A stretch of 64,000 nt of DNA from Lama glama (GCA_028534125.1 CM052837.1:33294001-33358000), one strand, 5' to 3'. Numbered from the stretch's first letter, positions 24,241-37,280 are shown. Numbers and translations are program-made. Notes: generated by a model not told the origin, from the sequence alone.

Positions 24241-24829
24241 GTAAGGATGGCTCCGTTTTTTTTACACGTTTACGTTGGTTCCATCTCAGAAATCTCAGAC
24301 TCAGAGAAAGGATGTTCTTGTTGTAGGCAGGACTGTTACGTGTAATGAATTCAGAGACAGAGTCCCTAGGTCATGGTCCTGAGAAAGGTTCCCGACATAT
24401 CCTTAGGGAAGACAGGAGACCTTAACCCACAGAGGTTGGGACTAATAGTTGAAGACCCACTTCCATTTATTTGGGGAATAAAACCTTGGCTCAATATTTA
24501 TCCTGTTAAAGCAGTTTTTTTCAAATGGAGGTTAGATTAAGAAATTGGTGTGCTTCAGGTCAAGATTATTCACAGAGCCAGATTCACCACCCCGCTTTTT
24601 AATTTCCCTAGTGTTTGACTTATTGCAAGTTGCTGAACTGAATGGAAATGGCATCATTTTCCTTAGGGAAGGGAAAGACCTGTCGTAAAGGGGCAGAGGT
24701 GTAAAGAAGTAACGGCTGGCCCGTGAAGTGGCTGAACAACTCTCAGAAGGGGCAGGGAGAGAGGCACCACGGCATGTTCACTCTAGACAGACCCGACCCT
24801 TCGGAAGATTGTGTCCAGACTGACGGGAG

Positions 24830-25040
24830 CAGGGGTTGAGGAACCTTTTCTGTAAAAGACCAGATAATTGATACTTTCAGCTTTGCAGCTCAGTCCTCGT
24901 TGCAGTGACAACCCTGCCATTTTAGCACGAAAGCAGCTGCAGACACTATGCAAATGAGTGAGCCTGGCTGTGTTCCAATAAAACTGTATTTCCAAAAAAA
25001 GATGGTGGGCCAGATTTGGCCATCGTTTGTCAATCCCTGG
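24830..25040. mobile_element. MER58A-like hAT element in the FAM209 intron
   Basis: caggggttg...ttttctgtaaa...ggctgtgttccaataaaact...gggccagatttggcc...ccctg. Confidence 0.7.
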
Positions 25041-25128
25041 GCTAGATCAGTGCTAGAGCCAACTTCTCTTAGGTGTCAAACCCAGGGACATCAACGGTGT
25101 TTTTCATCCTGGATGTCTTTCTTGACAG

Positions 25129-25389
25129 GAGCAGAATCCTAGCCTTCGAGGCTGTTCATTTCGCACTCCAGTAAAGAAAAATCAAAACGCTTCCCCCAAC
25201 AGAGACTATGCATTCAGTACCTTAACCCAGCTCGAGATGGACCTTGTGCAGTTTGTGTCCAAGGTGCGGAATCTGAAAGTCGTCATGGCAACTGGCAGTA
25301 ACCTCAAGATTCAGAACGTAGAGGTGCCAGCACACCCACAAAATAACATCACGATCTACGAGATATGGGGCGAAGAGGACTCCGAGTGA
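25129..25389 (+). CDS. FAM209: FAM209 exon 2 ([11 protein letters not shown]...[16 protein letters not shown]...[12 protein letters not shown])
   Basis: tctttcttgacag|GAG, phase 0, open to TGA 25387-25389. Total protein 169 aa. Confidence 0.92.
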   Translation, partial: EQNPSLRGCSFRTPVKKNQNASPNRDYAFSTLTQLEMDLVQFVSKVRNLKVVMATGSNLKIQNVEVPAHPQNNITIYEIWGEEDSE

Positions 25390-25451
25390 ATGGATTTGTG
25401 TGTCAAAGGAGGAGAGAAAAAAATTGAGTGTTGACAAACCATATCCAAACT

Positions 25452-25457
25452 AATAAA
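25452..25457 (+). terminator. FAM209 polyadenylation signal AATAAA
   Basis: AATAAA ~63 nt after the stop codon. Confidence 0.7.
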
Positions 25458-26659
25458 ACTAGTCTGAAGGAAAAGAATCCTCAAATTTGGGAACTTTTGC
25501 CTTTCTCTTTTTTTAAATTTGAAAGAAATGAAAACCAGCGGCCATAGCAGTCAGAGTTGCTTTGGCCTTCCTCACTCCCTGCAGGGCTGAGGGTGGCGAG
25601 AAGGGCGTGGGCCGCCGCCTGAGGGCAGGTGGGCGTTCTTGGCCCCCGTGCCATGGCCCTTGCAGAGGCAGGCTGCGGGAATTTGGGGTAAGATGCTGAT
25701 ATTATTTTCATAGTAGCTCTCTTTAGAGTAGCTATCTTTTTTGCAAAAGATGGAACTGGTTTTTCTCTCTATAATTAACTACATTACAAAGGATGACTTC
25801 AGTTACAGGTTTAAAATGATAAAATGATTGAATGAGAAGGTGTGTGTGTCAAGAGGAGGGTGGATTCTAGGATCATTTCATTTTCTTATCACCAGAAATA
25901 TCGTCTAATTCATTCTGTCTGGTGGGTCCCCTGTATTGACTTTTGCTTCTACAAAACTCACAGTTAACATATGTCTCATTGGATTAAGAGACATGGAGAG
26001 TCAAACCATAGTTTTAAAACATAATTTGGACACAGATGAGCCAGCCAGGGTTTCCCAAAGTAGTCAGTATGAAGGTTCTTTATAGGATTTATTTAAAGTA
26101 TGGCCATTTTGGCTTGTTCGTACGGCCTGTGGAAACTGCACTTACTGCAGCTGTTAGATGCGTTTATGACCCCCCATCTAGGCCAGGCTGCTAGTGCCAG
26201 GGACGTGAGGTGCAGGCCTGGACAGAGGAGTGAGCTATGCGAGACCGTGGAGACTCCCTCAGTCCCCAGATTACCGTGTGCTTGAGTCTCCATCACTTCC
26301 TGCCCAACCATGAAGAGTTAATTCTCATCCCTTGAGCAAAGTCTTCAGGATCCGTCCCACACGTGTGTGCGGAGCTAGACCTCAGATCGCTGCTCGTCAA
26401 GGTTACATTGTCTTTGAAAAGCGGTCCCTGAACCCCTTCTGTCTTAACTCCAACTTTCAGGATGGTGGGGGGAGGGGGGAGGAAGGATCTGAGACCACTT
26501 CCTTGTGTCTTCTGAATACTTTCTGGGTGTTTTCAAGAAAATGGGACTATGTGAGTTATTTTCACAGCACACGCTGAAGAAATGCAGATAAGGACCAAGT
26601 ATGCTGGTGGTACCCTGTGATGTCGGTGCGGGGCACATTTTAGATTAGAATGGAGATCA

Positions 26660-26970
26660 TCTCACAGTCGCCAAACCACAGCTCAAGGGCCCAGTCAGCC
26701 CATGAGCCAATAATGGTTTTTATATTTTTTAATAGTTCAAAAAATCAGAAGATAAATCATATTTCATGACATGAAAAATACATGAAATTCAAATTCCAAT
26801 GACTGTAAGTAAATTTTTTCTTGGAGCCCAGCTGCACCCACCACTCACATATTGCCGCCGGTTGCTTTTGTGCTCGGTGGCAGAGTTGAATTATTCCACA
26901 GAAACCATTATGGTCCACAAAGCTGAAAATATTTAGTAAGTAGCCCTTCCCAGTTTGCCAGTCCCCAGTA
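26660..26970. mobile_element. MER58B-like hAT element
   Basis: aatggtttttatatttttt...atgaaattcaaatt...aagctgaaaatattta...agtttgcca. Confidence 0.6.
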
Positions 26971-27929
26971 GCTGCTCATCTTAATTTATATGTGAACAAC
27001 CAGGAAAGGTGTTCACTGGGAGCCGATGGATTCAGCAGTAATCTTCACGAACAGGTGGTTGTCTACACCTGCCGTCTTCATCAGAGGAGGTGCACACGGG
27101 TGGTTGGCAGAATTCATTTCCAGAATTCAGTCTCCAGCAAGGAGGTTAAGGCTCCAGAGCAAGTCTGCTCCCAGTCTTACAGAACGTACGGAGTCACAGG
27201 CAGGACCTCCTGTCCCCTTGGCCACGTTCTACTGACTAGAAAGTCACTCCAGGGGAGGGGGTTACACCAGGATGTGGACAGGAGGATGGAAACCCAGCTG
27301 CAAAAAGGGTAGCTGTGTGCTTGCAGTGATGGGGGCTTCATGGTAATGCTAACGAGGACCCGTGAGAGGACAGCTGTCGTGCTGCGTGGCCTGAGCACGT
27401 GCAAAGCCTTTGCCGTACACCTGGGTGCAGGTGGGAGGCCAAATCTTAAGGTGACCCCCCAATGGCACACAGCCTTGTATAATCTCTCCCGAATGTGGGC
27501 GAAAGCTGTGACTGATGGAATAGTCACCCCCTCGGTCACACTGTGCTGTCATAGCCAGGAGATGCTCCTGGTGGCCCCGAGGAAGCCAGCAGCCGTGTGT
27601 GAGATCATGGGTCTCAGAACAAGGATGTGAGAGCAGCCCCTCGGGTCTGAGAACGGTCCGCAGCCAAGAGCTAGAAAAGGAACCAGGAAGCCCAGTCTTA
27701 CAGCTGCAAGGATGTGGGGTCCGCCCACGCCCAGTGGCCTGCCAGAGGCCCGAGTCGTTTGCTTTGTCACACCGTCACTATGTGATGTTATCTGTGTATT
27801 GACCTGTTTCCGGTTTGTCCCTTCTCCCCTGGAGTGTAAGCTCCATGAGGACAGGGGCGGAGTCTCCTGTGGTCAATGCAGTGTCCTCAGCGTCTGGAAC
27901 AGGGCTTGGCACACGACAGGTGCCCCATA

Positions 27930-30070
27930 TAGATTTTTAAAACCTTCTACTTGGAACTCATTTCAGACTTCCAGTTGCAACAACAGCACAAAGAGTTCCC
28001 ATTTACCCATCACCCAGCTTCCCCTAATGCTGGCGTAACCATAGGAGAATCATGAAAACCAGAAAACGTAATATGGGTACAGTACTGTTACTTCACAAAT
28101 TTGAATTTTATTTCATTAATGAAATTCACTCCTTGAATGTCCTCTCACTGTCCTACACCCAAGCCAGCATCCCACGTTGCATTCAGCCTTCTCTCCTCTG
28201 TGTCCCGGGTGTGTCTTTTATGACCTTGACACTTCAGAAGACCCGTGATCAGCTGTTATGTAGAACGTCCCTGTTTGGGTTGAATGAATGATGTTTTCTC
28301 ACGATAGAAATGCTTTTCTGGCAAAAATACCAGAGAAGTGGTGTCATGTCCTCGATAAACCACGTCCAGGCGTCTGTGTCGGGTCTGCGCCCCATTGCTG
28401 TCGACATGGCCTTGAGCTCTGGGCGAAGGTGGCGTCTGCTGGCGTCTGCTCCTCCCCCCACTTTCACTCACTGATTTCCGCACCATCAGCAGGTCTTTTC
28501 TGTAACAGTTTTCTGTGGTGTTGGTGTTTGCCTGATGCTGATTTCAGTGTTCCTCTTTCCTGCTACATTTATTAAGTGCAATTCTACTGAAAGGAAGAGC
28601 TGTCCTTTCTCCCCCACTTATTTGATGATTTATTTATATCAGTATGGACTTCTAGATACTTATTTTAGCTTATTAAAATCCAATACTTTGGTTATTTATT
28701 TTCCGGCTCAAACTTTTCCAGTTCCTTTAGGTTGGCTCCTGCGTACTTTGAACAAGCCCACATCCTCCCCTGAGCAAGTTCTGCCTCTCTCGCAACCCAG
28801 CATGTTCCAGGAGCATCTTGTTTATTCCCTGCCTCAGCCCCAGAATCGACCACTTCTCCAAAGAGAAGTGGTTCCTTTTATTGGAGAATGATGGTTAGCA
28901 AACAGGGTCTGGGCACTCATGTGCTCATCTGTACTGACTGTCATCGCCCCCAGGCAGAAAGAGCTAGGAAACATCTGTGTGTATGTTACCCACCCCCCAC
29001 CGTCTGATTTCTGTATCTGCATAGCTGTACATATATATGTCAATTACCAGGACTTAATCCCAATCGCTCTGATTCCAGCCCAGTACATCGGGTTCATTCT
29101 AGCCATCCTCCTTCCCCTCATAGCTTCTTTCTCCAACAGTGAGGACCCAGCTCTCATGATCTACATTTGCTGGTTCGTTCAGTTTCCAGTGCACACTTAG
29201 TTTCCGAGTTTTGAATGCAAACCCCGGAGAAGCACATTATATCGAGGTCACAGCATTGCTGACAGTTCCTTTGTCTTTAGCTTCGCAATATCCAGTTAAG
29301 ACGCGACGTTCAGTTTCCTTAAGCGATTTCTTCTCTTCCCACCCCCATCAATGTGGTCAGTGATCCTTCTGTCCTGTGTTAGGCCCATTTGTTAGTATCT
29401 GATTCCATTTCAGGTTCTCCAGCGGCCTGGCTGGTTTTAATTGTCGGTTTGCTCTCTGAGTATGTGAAGGTATGTGAAATATCACAATGGTTCTGAGAGT
29501 CAAAGGTCTAGAAAAAGATGCACCCAGAGAACTGGCGGTCTTTCTGCATCTCTGGTACCCGGATGCCATGCTCTCCTCCCCTCCCTCCAAGCCCTGTAGG
29601 GATGTGATCAGCCTCTTTGGTTTCTGTTTTATCCTTCCTGTATTTCTCTTGCACAAATGACCAGATACATGTGTATTTTCTTATACCCTCTCTTTCTGAC
29701 ATGAAGCAAATTGTGTGTATACTTTGGGACTTTGCTTTTTCCACTTAACAGAATGTTAGTCACTTTGTACAGCCTCTTAGAGGACATTCTCATTCTCTTT
29801 TCCACTGCAGAGTGCTCTATGTTGTGGATGTACCAGTTTGTTCAACCTCTATATGCAGACATTTAGGTAGTTTCCAGTAGTCTGAAATGACAAATAATGA
29901 TGCAATGAAACAACCTTGTGCGTACGCGTTTTTCTGCTGTTGGTGATGTATCTTCAGGGAAGCGCCTAGAAGTGAGCTTGGTGGGTAAAAAGGGAAGCGC
30001 GCGTGTAGTTTTCTTAGGAATTGCCAGATTCCTTCTAGAAGAGTTGTGCCAACTTGAGTTCTCATCAGGC
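27930..30070 (-). mobile_element. Degraded L1MC/L1ME fragments
   Basis: Antisense L1 3'-UTR-like segments, e.g. ttacccatcacccagcttccc and gacatttaggtagtttccag. Confidence 0.55.
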
Positions 30071-30154
30071 ATGCCAATAAAGATTTTTAAACGAACGTGT
30101 GGACAGCTGGTTGGGCACGTCTGCCTGAAACCTCTTAGAACGCTTTGCATGAGT

Positions 30155-30188
30155 TGCAGTTACTGAAGATGGCCACCAGGTGGCAGAC
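30155..30188 (+). promoter_or_regulatory. CTCF site with upstream (ZF9-11) motif
   Basis: TGCAGTTAC-N6-TGGCCACCAGGTGGCAGAC. Confidence 0.75.
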
Positions 30189-30365
30189 AACGCCCATCGC
30201 AGGGAACGGCGCGATCGTGTCTCCCAAAGATGCTGTTTTCAAGGGCCCTTGACAATAGTGACATGGAAGTAGAAGTAATAGTAGTCATAGTACTTTTGTT
30301 ACTGATGGCAACTGGCATTCATAGTACTAGTAGTAATAACATAATTTTTTTAACAATGACCATTT

Positions 30366-30770
30366 GAAATAATGCCATTTGCCGTAACATGGGTGGACCT
30401 AGAGGTTATACTAAATAAAGTAAATCAGAGACAGATATCCGATATCACTTATATGTGGAATATTTAAAAAAAGAGACACAAATGGACTTATTTAAAAAAC
30501 AGAAACAAACTCACATAGAAAAAAAGTTGTTATGGTTATGGGGGGAGGAGGTGGGGAGGGATAAATTAGGAGCTTGGGATTCGTAGTTACAAACTACTAT
30601 AATACAAAATAGATAAACAACAAAGACCTACTTTGTAGCACATAGCTTGTAATAACCTCTAATGAAAAAGATTCTGGAAAAGAATGTGTATGTATAACTG
30701 AATCACAATGCTGCACACCAGAAACTAACACAAATTGTAAATCAACTGTACTTCAGTTTTTTTTGAAAAA
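30366..30770 (+). mobile_element. 5'-truncated L1 (L1MA-like 3' end) with TSD
   Basis: aaataatgccatttgc...atgtggaat...ctgaatcac...aaatcaactgtacttca; flanked by aatga(c/a)catttg on both sides. Confidence 0.8.
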
Positions 30771-31199
30771 TGAACATTTGTCATTTGATTATTTATTCGT
30801 TCATTCAAGTGTTCTTTTTGTGCACTGTTCCAGGCTCTGGGGACAAGGAAATAAAAACAACAAACATCTTGCTGGCATAGAGCTTGCATCCCACTGGGGG
30901 TGAGACAAGAAACACATACACTTTATACACAAGGCCAATGTATCTTCTGTCAGGTGGCACGTGTATTAGGAGAAGGGTCAAGTAAGGAAGGGGAAGAGGG
31001 TGTGGGGGTCTGCGAGGGGGTGGTTGTTTATGATCTTAAACAGTGTGGTCCTGGAAGGGGTCCCTGACAAGTGGTTACTGGAGGGAGTCGCCCTGAAGAC
31101 AAGCCAGGAGCAGAGTGTGGAGGAGTGAGGAAGGGGAGTGCAAAGGCCCTGAGGCAGAAGGCGCCTGGCTGGACGGAAACTGCCAAGGCTCCGTACTTG

Positions 31200-32330
31200 G
31201 GGCCAAATGAATGGGGGGACAGGGAAGGAGACGTGGGGCCGGTGCAGCCATGAGGCCTTGCGGGCCACTGGCAGAACCCGAATCTCCCTCCTGGAGAGAC
31301 AAGAGCCCTGCAGAGACTGTGGAATCCCTCCTCCCCCAACTCCCCAAACCCGAACTACTCCCATTCTCCAGGCATCTACGACCCGACCCGGGACCTAGTG
31401 TGAGGGCTTCGTCTCTGTTCTCGGGGGCCCTCGGGGCTGGGGGCCGCAGGGGACAACAGATGCGGGAACGCCAGCGCTGCCAGGACATCCCAGGAGCAGG
31501 TTTCCTGGGGGAAACCGGGCGTCTTCTAGGGGCCCTTCTGGGCAGCCTCTGCCCTCCATCGTCTTTGAGCTAATTAGCAAAACGGGTAACAGCCAAGGCA
31601 TTGCACTCGTGTTTATGGAAGTGCGGGTGGTCGGCCTGTAGGGGGCGCGGTGCGTCGTGCGGGGCGGGCTGGCTGGCGTCTGGCCGGCACGTCCTCCCGG
31701 CTCCTCCTCAACCAAGGAGTTGAGTAACATCTTTGACACGTTATCACTTCGTAATGCAGGAGAGTTGTGGTTAGAAAGTTCCCCTTCTCGGTGCTCGAGC
31801 CTTCCTCAGGGACAGTGCTGACAGGAACACATCTCCAGCGCGTCCCGCTGGGAGGCGAAGCGATCAGAGTCCCTTCCATTTTGAAAACCCTTAAAAAGCA
31901 AACGCGATGAAGGGGGGCGGGCAGGAGGGGGAGGGCGGCCGGCTCGCTGTCCCGCAGCCTCTGGGGCGTCCCGGGCACCTGGGAGACGCCGGAAGTGGGC
32001 GGACTGGGGAGACTGGGGCGCAAATCCCAATCCGGGCGGCACCAGGAGGCTCTAAGCTCCTGTGGGCAGAGCCTGGTCTCACCACGCCCCCCCTCCTCCT
32101 GCACCCCCTCACTCATCCTGGGGGGGCTGAGGTCCCTGGCGAGACGGAGGCTCCCCCAGCCGCGAGTTCACTCCTGGCGCTCTTAGGAAAGCGCCTGTCT
32201 TGTTGGGCAAACTGGATTCCTTGAACTTGGAGACCCCGAGGCTGCTCAGTGCCTTCCCCTCCCCAGTGTGCGTGGCCTTAGCCGTGGCCGGCGCTGCTGG
32301 AGCTTCTGCCCCTCGCGTGGACCAGTGTCA
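31200..32330. promoter_or_regulatory. CpG/GC-rich island with no associated coding exon (putative enhancer or lncRNA promoter)
   Basis: Dense CpG and GC boxes (GGGGCGGG, GGGCGG) compared with CpG-poor flanks. Confidence 0.6.
31632..31650 (+). promoter_or_regulatory. CTCF motif within the CpG island
   Basis: CGGCCTGTAGGGGGCGCGG. Confidence 0.5.
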
Positions 32331-33164
32331 TCGTAGCCACCTCCCGTGACTTCGTGATTCCAGAAACCCCATCTCTGCTTCCTTCACTCACTCCCTCCTC
32401 CTTCTGTCCTTCATCAGCTCATCATTCAGCCGATCCTCAGGAACATCCCTCTGTGTGAACACGGGGGCGGGCTGAGGGTGCAGGGGCGACCCACCTCACC
32501 CCTTAGAGGCTGCTCACAGAGAAGAGGCTGCGGTGCAGCCGCTGTGGACAACAGTATGGAGTTTCCTCGGAAACTTAAAAATAGAACTACTGTGTGGTCC
32601 AGCCACTCCCCCTCTGGGTATGATCCCAGGAGTTCAGAGCAGGGTCTAGAAGTGATGTCTGCACACCACCCGTGCTCACAGCAGTGTTGTTCACAACAGC
32701 CAAGAAGTGGGAGCCAACGAGTGTCCGTGGATGGACGGATAAAACAGAATGCGGGTTATACAGACACTAAGTATTATTCAGCCTTAAAAAAGCCAGGCAC
32801 CCTCTGGGCACTGGGAGTGCGAAGGTATCAAATCCTACAGTTCCATTGGGGGCTATCAGACAATTAGGGAAGACAGACATTGGCAACAAACACATAAATA
32901 ATACAATAGCATGTCAGAAGGGGGTACGTGCTGTGAAGAAAAATGCCCCAGATGAAGGGCCTCTTGTGCCAGATGGTCAGGGGAGAACTTCTGAGAATGC
33001 TTGGGGCAAACTGTGTGAGGTGAGGACCCAGCAATGGACGGAGCATTCCGGCAAGTCAGAAGAGTAGGTGCAAAGGCCCTGAGGCTCTCCTGGAAACCAA
33101 CTCCTTCCTTCAGAGGGCTGACCTCCATCCTCAGTTATACCTTCATTTGTGTTTAATTGGATCC

Positions 33165-33690
33165 CCTCAAAGGGGATCAGGATATGCCATCCCCAAATAT
33201 GCCACTTTGGCATAAGGGTTATTTTGAGCTGAAGGCAACTGAAGCAGGAAGATTTCTCTGCCCTCCCCTTTTCTCCCTGAGAACAGAACATACATTTCCC
33301 ATTGAGGAAAGTGCCCCCGCTTCCCCCACATGCCAGGAGAGCAGAGAGACTCTTATTACCAAAGATTGGGAGTCAAAACCAAGATGAGTTTGCATGAACA
33401 GATCCGACCAGAAGAGTCCTATCTCCCATTCGTTTCCCCCACATATTTCTCAGTCCCTTCCCCACAACTTACCCCTTGAACCCTAAACCCCCTTCCCTTT
33501 GTTAAAAGGGTATATAAGCCCCCGAGTCTACCTGCTTCTTCGATCATCACTTCTTTTCTGTGAACTCCTGTGCACACACATATTAGTAAAACTTGAGTCT
33601 TTTCTCCAGTTCATCTTTCATTAGTTTAATTCAGAGACCCCCATTTACTGAGCCTAAGAGGGTAGAGGAAAATCTACACCCCCCCACCAA
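33165..33690 (+). mobile_element. Solo LTR (ERV1-like)
   Basis: atatgccatccccaaatatgccactttggcataagg...ttgagctgaaggcaa head, TATA-like tatataa at ~33511, agtaaa poly(A)-like signal. Confidence 0.6.
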
Positions 33691-34269
33691 CATTTTCAAT
33701 TCTCTACTTTTTATGCACCTTGGCTCTTCTTCTTCTAGAGTTTGGATGAACCATAATCTAACCAGTTCCCCACTGATGGGCGTCTAGGTTCTCCCCAGTG
33801 TTTTGTTATTACAAACACATATGGTACCTCTTCCCCCAGATGGGGCAGGATTCCATGCTCCCCACTCCTGGCAGCATAACCACCATCTGCCAGTGTTTGG
33901 GTTTATTCCACAGTCAGCAAACACGGAAAGCACAGCCAGTCGAGACACTGAAAACAAAAACCCTGCAATGGCTTACACGTGACTTATTTTAGAATTTCTA
34001 AGTACAGTTAAGTGATGACTCATCCCACTTAAAATCTAAGCTGTTCAATGGGCCATCTGGTTTGTGAGATACGGAAGACTTTTGCCCAGCAACCTGGAAA
34101 AGCACCCAAGAGGAAGACAGAAGCATGCTTAACCACTGAGAGCAAGTCCCAGGGAGCGTCAACGAGTGGTAGCTCCGTGAGGGCAGGGACGTTGTGAAGT
34201 AAATAAACTGCATGATGTCTGGGCCTGGTTTTCTGTAAAATATTTCCGTTTTTTCTTCTGATTACAAAA

Positions 34270-35225
34270 ACAATGCAACCAAAAGCACAAGTAACCAAAG
34301 AAAAATTGATAAATAAGACTTCATCAGAATTAAAGGCTTTTCTGCTCCAAAGGAAACAATAGGAAAGAGAAAGGACAAGTCAGAGAAGGAGAAATAGTTA
34401 TAAATTATCCATCTGGCAAGGGCCTAGTATTAAGCATATATGAAGAATTCACAACTCAACAGTAAGAAGAAAAGTGGAAGTCGGGGGCATAGCTCAGGGG
34501 TAGAGCACGTGCTTAGTGTGCACGAGGTCCTGGGTTCAGTTCCTAATACCTCTGTTTAATAAACAAGTAAATAAATAAGCCTAATTACCTCTCCCCAAAA
34601 ACAAGCCAAAAAAAAAAAAGAAAAAGAAAAAGAACCCAATTGAAATGGGCAAAGAACTTCAACATTTCTTCAGAGGAGGTGTACAGAAAGATGCTCATGA
34701 CTCGTCATCCGGGAAATGCAAATCAAAACCACAGTGAGACAGCATTTTGTGCCCACTGGGACGGCTGTCATCAAAAAGACAGACAGTGACAACTGCTGGG
34801 GAGGATGGAGAGAAATCGGAACCCTCACACGTCGCTAGCAGAAATGGAAAACTATGCAGTTACTTTTGAAAAAAATCTGGCATTTCCTCAAAATGTCAAA
34901 TTTACAGAGTCACCATAGGACCCAGAAATTCCATTCCTAGGTACCGTGTCTACCCAAGAGAGATGAAAACATATGTCCACACAAAACAAGTTCGTGAATA
35001 TTCACAGCAGTGTTATTCATCATGGCCTAAAAATGGAAACAACTCAAATGTCCATCATGTGATAAATGGATTAATAAAAGTGTGTGATACCTGTACTGTG
35101 GAATATTATCCAGCCATGAAAAGGAAAGAAGACTGATGTACGCTATAAAATGGATGGACCTTGAGAACATTCTGCGAAGTCACAGAAGCCAAACACAAAA
35201 CACCACATATCGCATGATCCCTGTT
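34270..35225 (+). mobile_element. L1MB/MC ORF2 end and 3' fragment, interrupted by a SINE
   Basis: gacttcatcagaattaaa, gggaaatgcaaatcaaaaccacagtgaga, atggaaacaactcaaatgtccatca. Confidence 0.8.
34483..34632 (+). mobile_element. tRNA-derived SINE (camelid Vic-1-like)
   Basis: GGGGGCATAGCTCAGGGGTAGAGCACGTGCTTAG...GTCCTGGGTTCAG...cctaattacctc plus poly(A) tail. Confidence 0.8.
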
Positions 35226-35539
35226 ATGGAGGAAAAACATCTCTTCCACATTCTTAATGTGTGGGAGCCTGTGAATTAAACTAACAAGAGATAGATTAAC
35301 AGGAGAAAAGGAATATGCTTTTTATTAATACTTTTGTGCAAAGGAGTTCACAGGGAAAAAGGGAAGTCAAAGAAATGGTTAGACGTGGGGCACCATTTTA
35401 ACAAAGGAAAGAGGATTTGAGGTTTGAGAGATGACAAATCATGGGGCTGCAACTAGGAACTACTTGGGGGAAGCTGATGGAAGATAAGGTTACATTAGGT
35501 TGTTGATGTAAACTCATCTAAGTGCCAGCTTTCCGCCTC

Positions 35540-35810
35540 CAAAACAAACCCCAGACCCATTAGCACCCCCTCTCCATCCTTGCCCCAGCCCCTGGCAGCC
35601 ACTCATCTGCTTTCTGTCTTTATGGATTTGCCTCTTCTGGACATTGCTCATAAATCAAGTCCTACAAATGCAGCCTTTTGTGTCCATAGCATGTATCGGT
35701 GCTTCCTTCCTGCTCAGGGCTGAATAATATTCCCTCGTACGGATGGACCAGTTTTGTTATCCCCTTACCCACTGATGGCCATTTGGGTTGTTTCCACCTT
35801 TGGGTTATTA
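35540..35810 (-). mobile_element. L1MB 3' fragment
   Basis: ccccagcccctggcagccact...ctgctttctgtctttatggatttgcct...gggttgtttccacctttgg. Confidence 0.7.
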
Positions 35811-36504
35811 TCTCTTTTATTCTTAGTTATCACCTTCATATTGATTACTGCAATCATCATCCTATTTATCGACATGTATCTGTTCGTTCTTTCTCTGCCT
35901 CACTGAGCCCTAAGCGCCAAGTAGGCGCCACGTGTTGTCTGAGTCACTGCCGTGTACCAGGCTCACAGCGGATGAATGAGTGATTGGAAATGGACCTGCT
36001 CCCACGGCTCCAGGCCTGTAGCTTGGTGAGCTGAGGGAGAAGACAGTTCTCATAATTTCCAGGCGGGAAAAACCCTTTGGTGTGGTCTCGAGACACTGCA
36101 TTCCTCTTGGCCACAGTGATCTCTGCTTGGAGAGTCCGCACAATCAGCTTTATCTTCTGAATCTTCCATGTGAAGGGGAGGTGTTGGGACAAGTGGTGGA
36201 AGTGGGTGTGTTGGGGGCGGTGATGGGGGGTGGGAGGAGCCATCATTTTCTGGGAATGAAGTCCCGAAACTTGCTGGTTCTGCCGAGACACAGATCAAGC
36301 AAGTATCCTGTGGAGGGAGGTTCCCATCTGTGATGAGGATGCTGGTAATCTCCTCTGCCCAGAGTTTTATTTTATTTTCATTTTTTTGCAGTTTTGGGGA
36401 AATTTGCCAAGTATACCCTCTTTTCTGGCAAAGGAAAATTTTATCTGCCCATCTGAGTCAGGATTCCACTGTATCCATTCTTTCCAGATTTATTCAACTC
36501 CCCT

Positions 36505-36640
36505 TGTATCAGATTCCCAGGACTGCTGTAGCAATGTACCACACATGGGCGGCTTAACACAACAGACGTTCATTGTCTCCCAGTTCTGGAGATCAGAAGT
36601 CCAAAATCAAGAGTCAGAGGAGCCATGCTCTCTCTGAAGG
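36505..36640. mobile_element. MLT1 (MaLR) LTR fragment
   Basis: ggactgctgtagcaatgtaccac...ggcttaacacaacaga...cagttctggagatcagaagtccaaaatcaag. Confidence 0.6.
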
Positions 36641-37094
36641 CCCATTTCTACTTACAATCAAAGAACCCTAGGTGATTCAAATGCACAAATGAAAAACAAG
36701 CTAAAAATCTTCCACTGTTTTGAGCACACCACACACTTACATCACAACTTACGCTGTGGCCATTGCATATTATCATCCCCATTTTACAGATGAGGAAGCT
36801 GAGGCTCTGAGCAGTTTGTTGCTTTACCTAAAGCAAAAGGGAGACTCTTGCAGCTTAGATGCAGCTGGAGGACATGAAGTGGCATCCCAGAGACAGCGGG
36901 TCACATCCACAGGCTGTGTGGCTCAGGTGGTGGTGGCGGCTGGTGGCTCCCATCCTCGAGTCAATTCTCTCATCTTGACAATGATGAAAGAGCAAGGATT
37001 CTCCCAGCAGCCTGCCTCTCCTGCGTTCCTGCCTTCATTGGCTTATAATCCACCCAATATACTCTCAGAAGTCCACACACTTTTTCTGTAATTG

Positions 37095-37280
37095 GCTGGA
37101 AATTGTAAATATTTTGGGCTCTGAGAGCCATCTGGTCTCTGTCGCACCTGCTCAGCTTCGCTGTTGTAGTGACGGCATCCACATTGTTCACAGATTGCCT
37201 GTGGCTGCTTTTGAGGCCATATGGACCGCAAGCCTAAAATTCGTATCTGGTCCTTTACAGAAAACGTTGCCAAACCCTGT
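37095..37280. mobile_element. MER58-like hAT fragment
   Basis: gtaaatattttgggct...tggctgctttt...aagcctaaaat...tggtcctttacagaaaacgttgccaaaccctg. Confidence 0.55.

Noticed and set aside
24241-24345. Extension of the FAM209 ORF (VRMAPFF...DCYV)
   Set aside because: Intron sequence after the AAG|gtaagg donor; the true C-terminus is in exon 25129-25389.
31395-32224. Several 100-167-aa ORFs across the CpG island
   Set aside because: Overlapping ORFs on both strands reflect stop-codon depletion in GC-rich DNA; no domain or splice support.
34483-34555. tRNA-like sequence with A and B boxes
   Set aside because: It is a SINE head followed by a SINE body and poly(A) tail, and the cloverleaf is degenerate.
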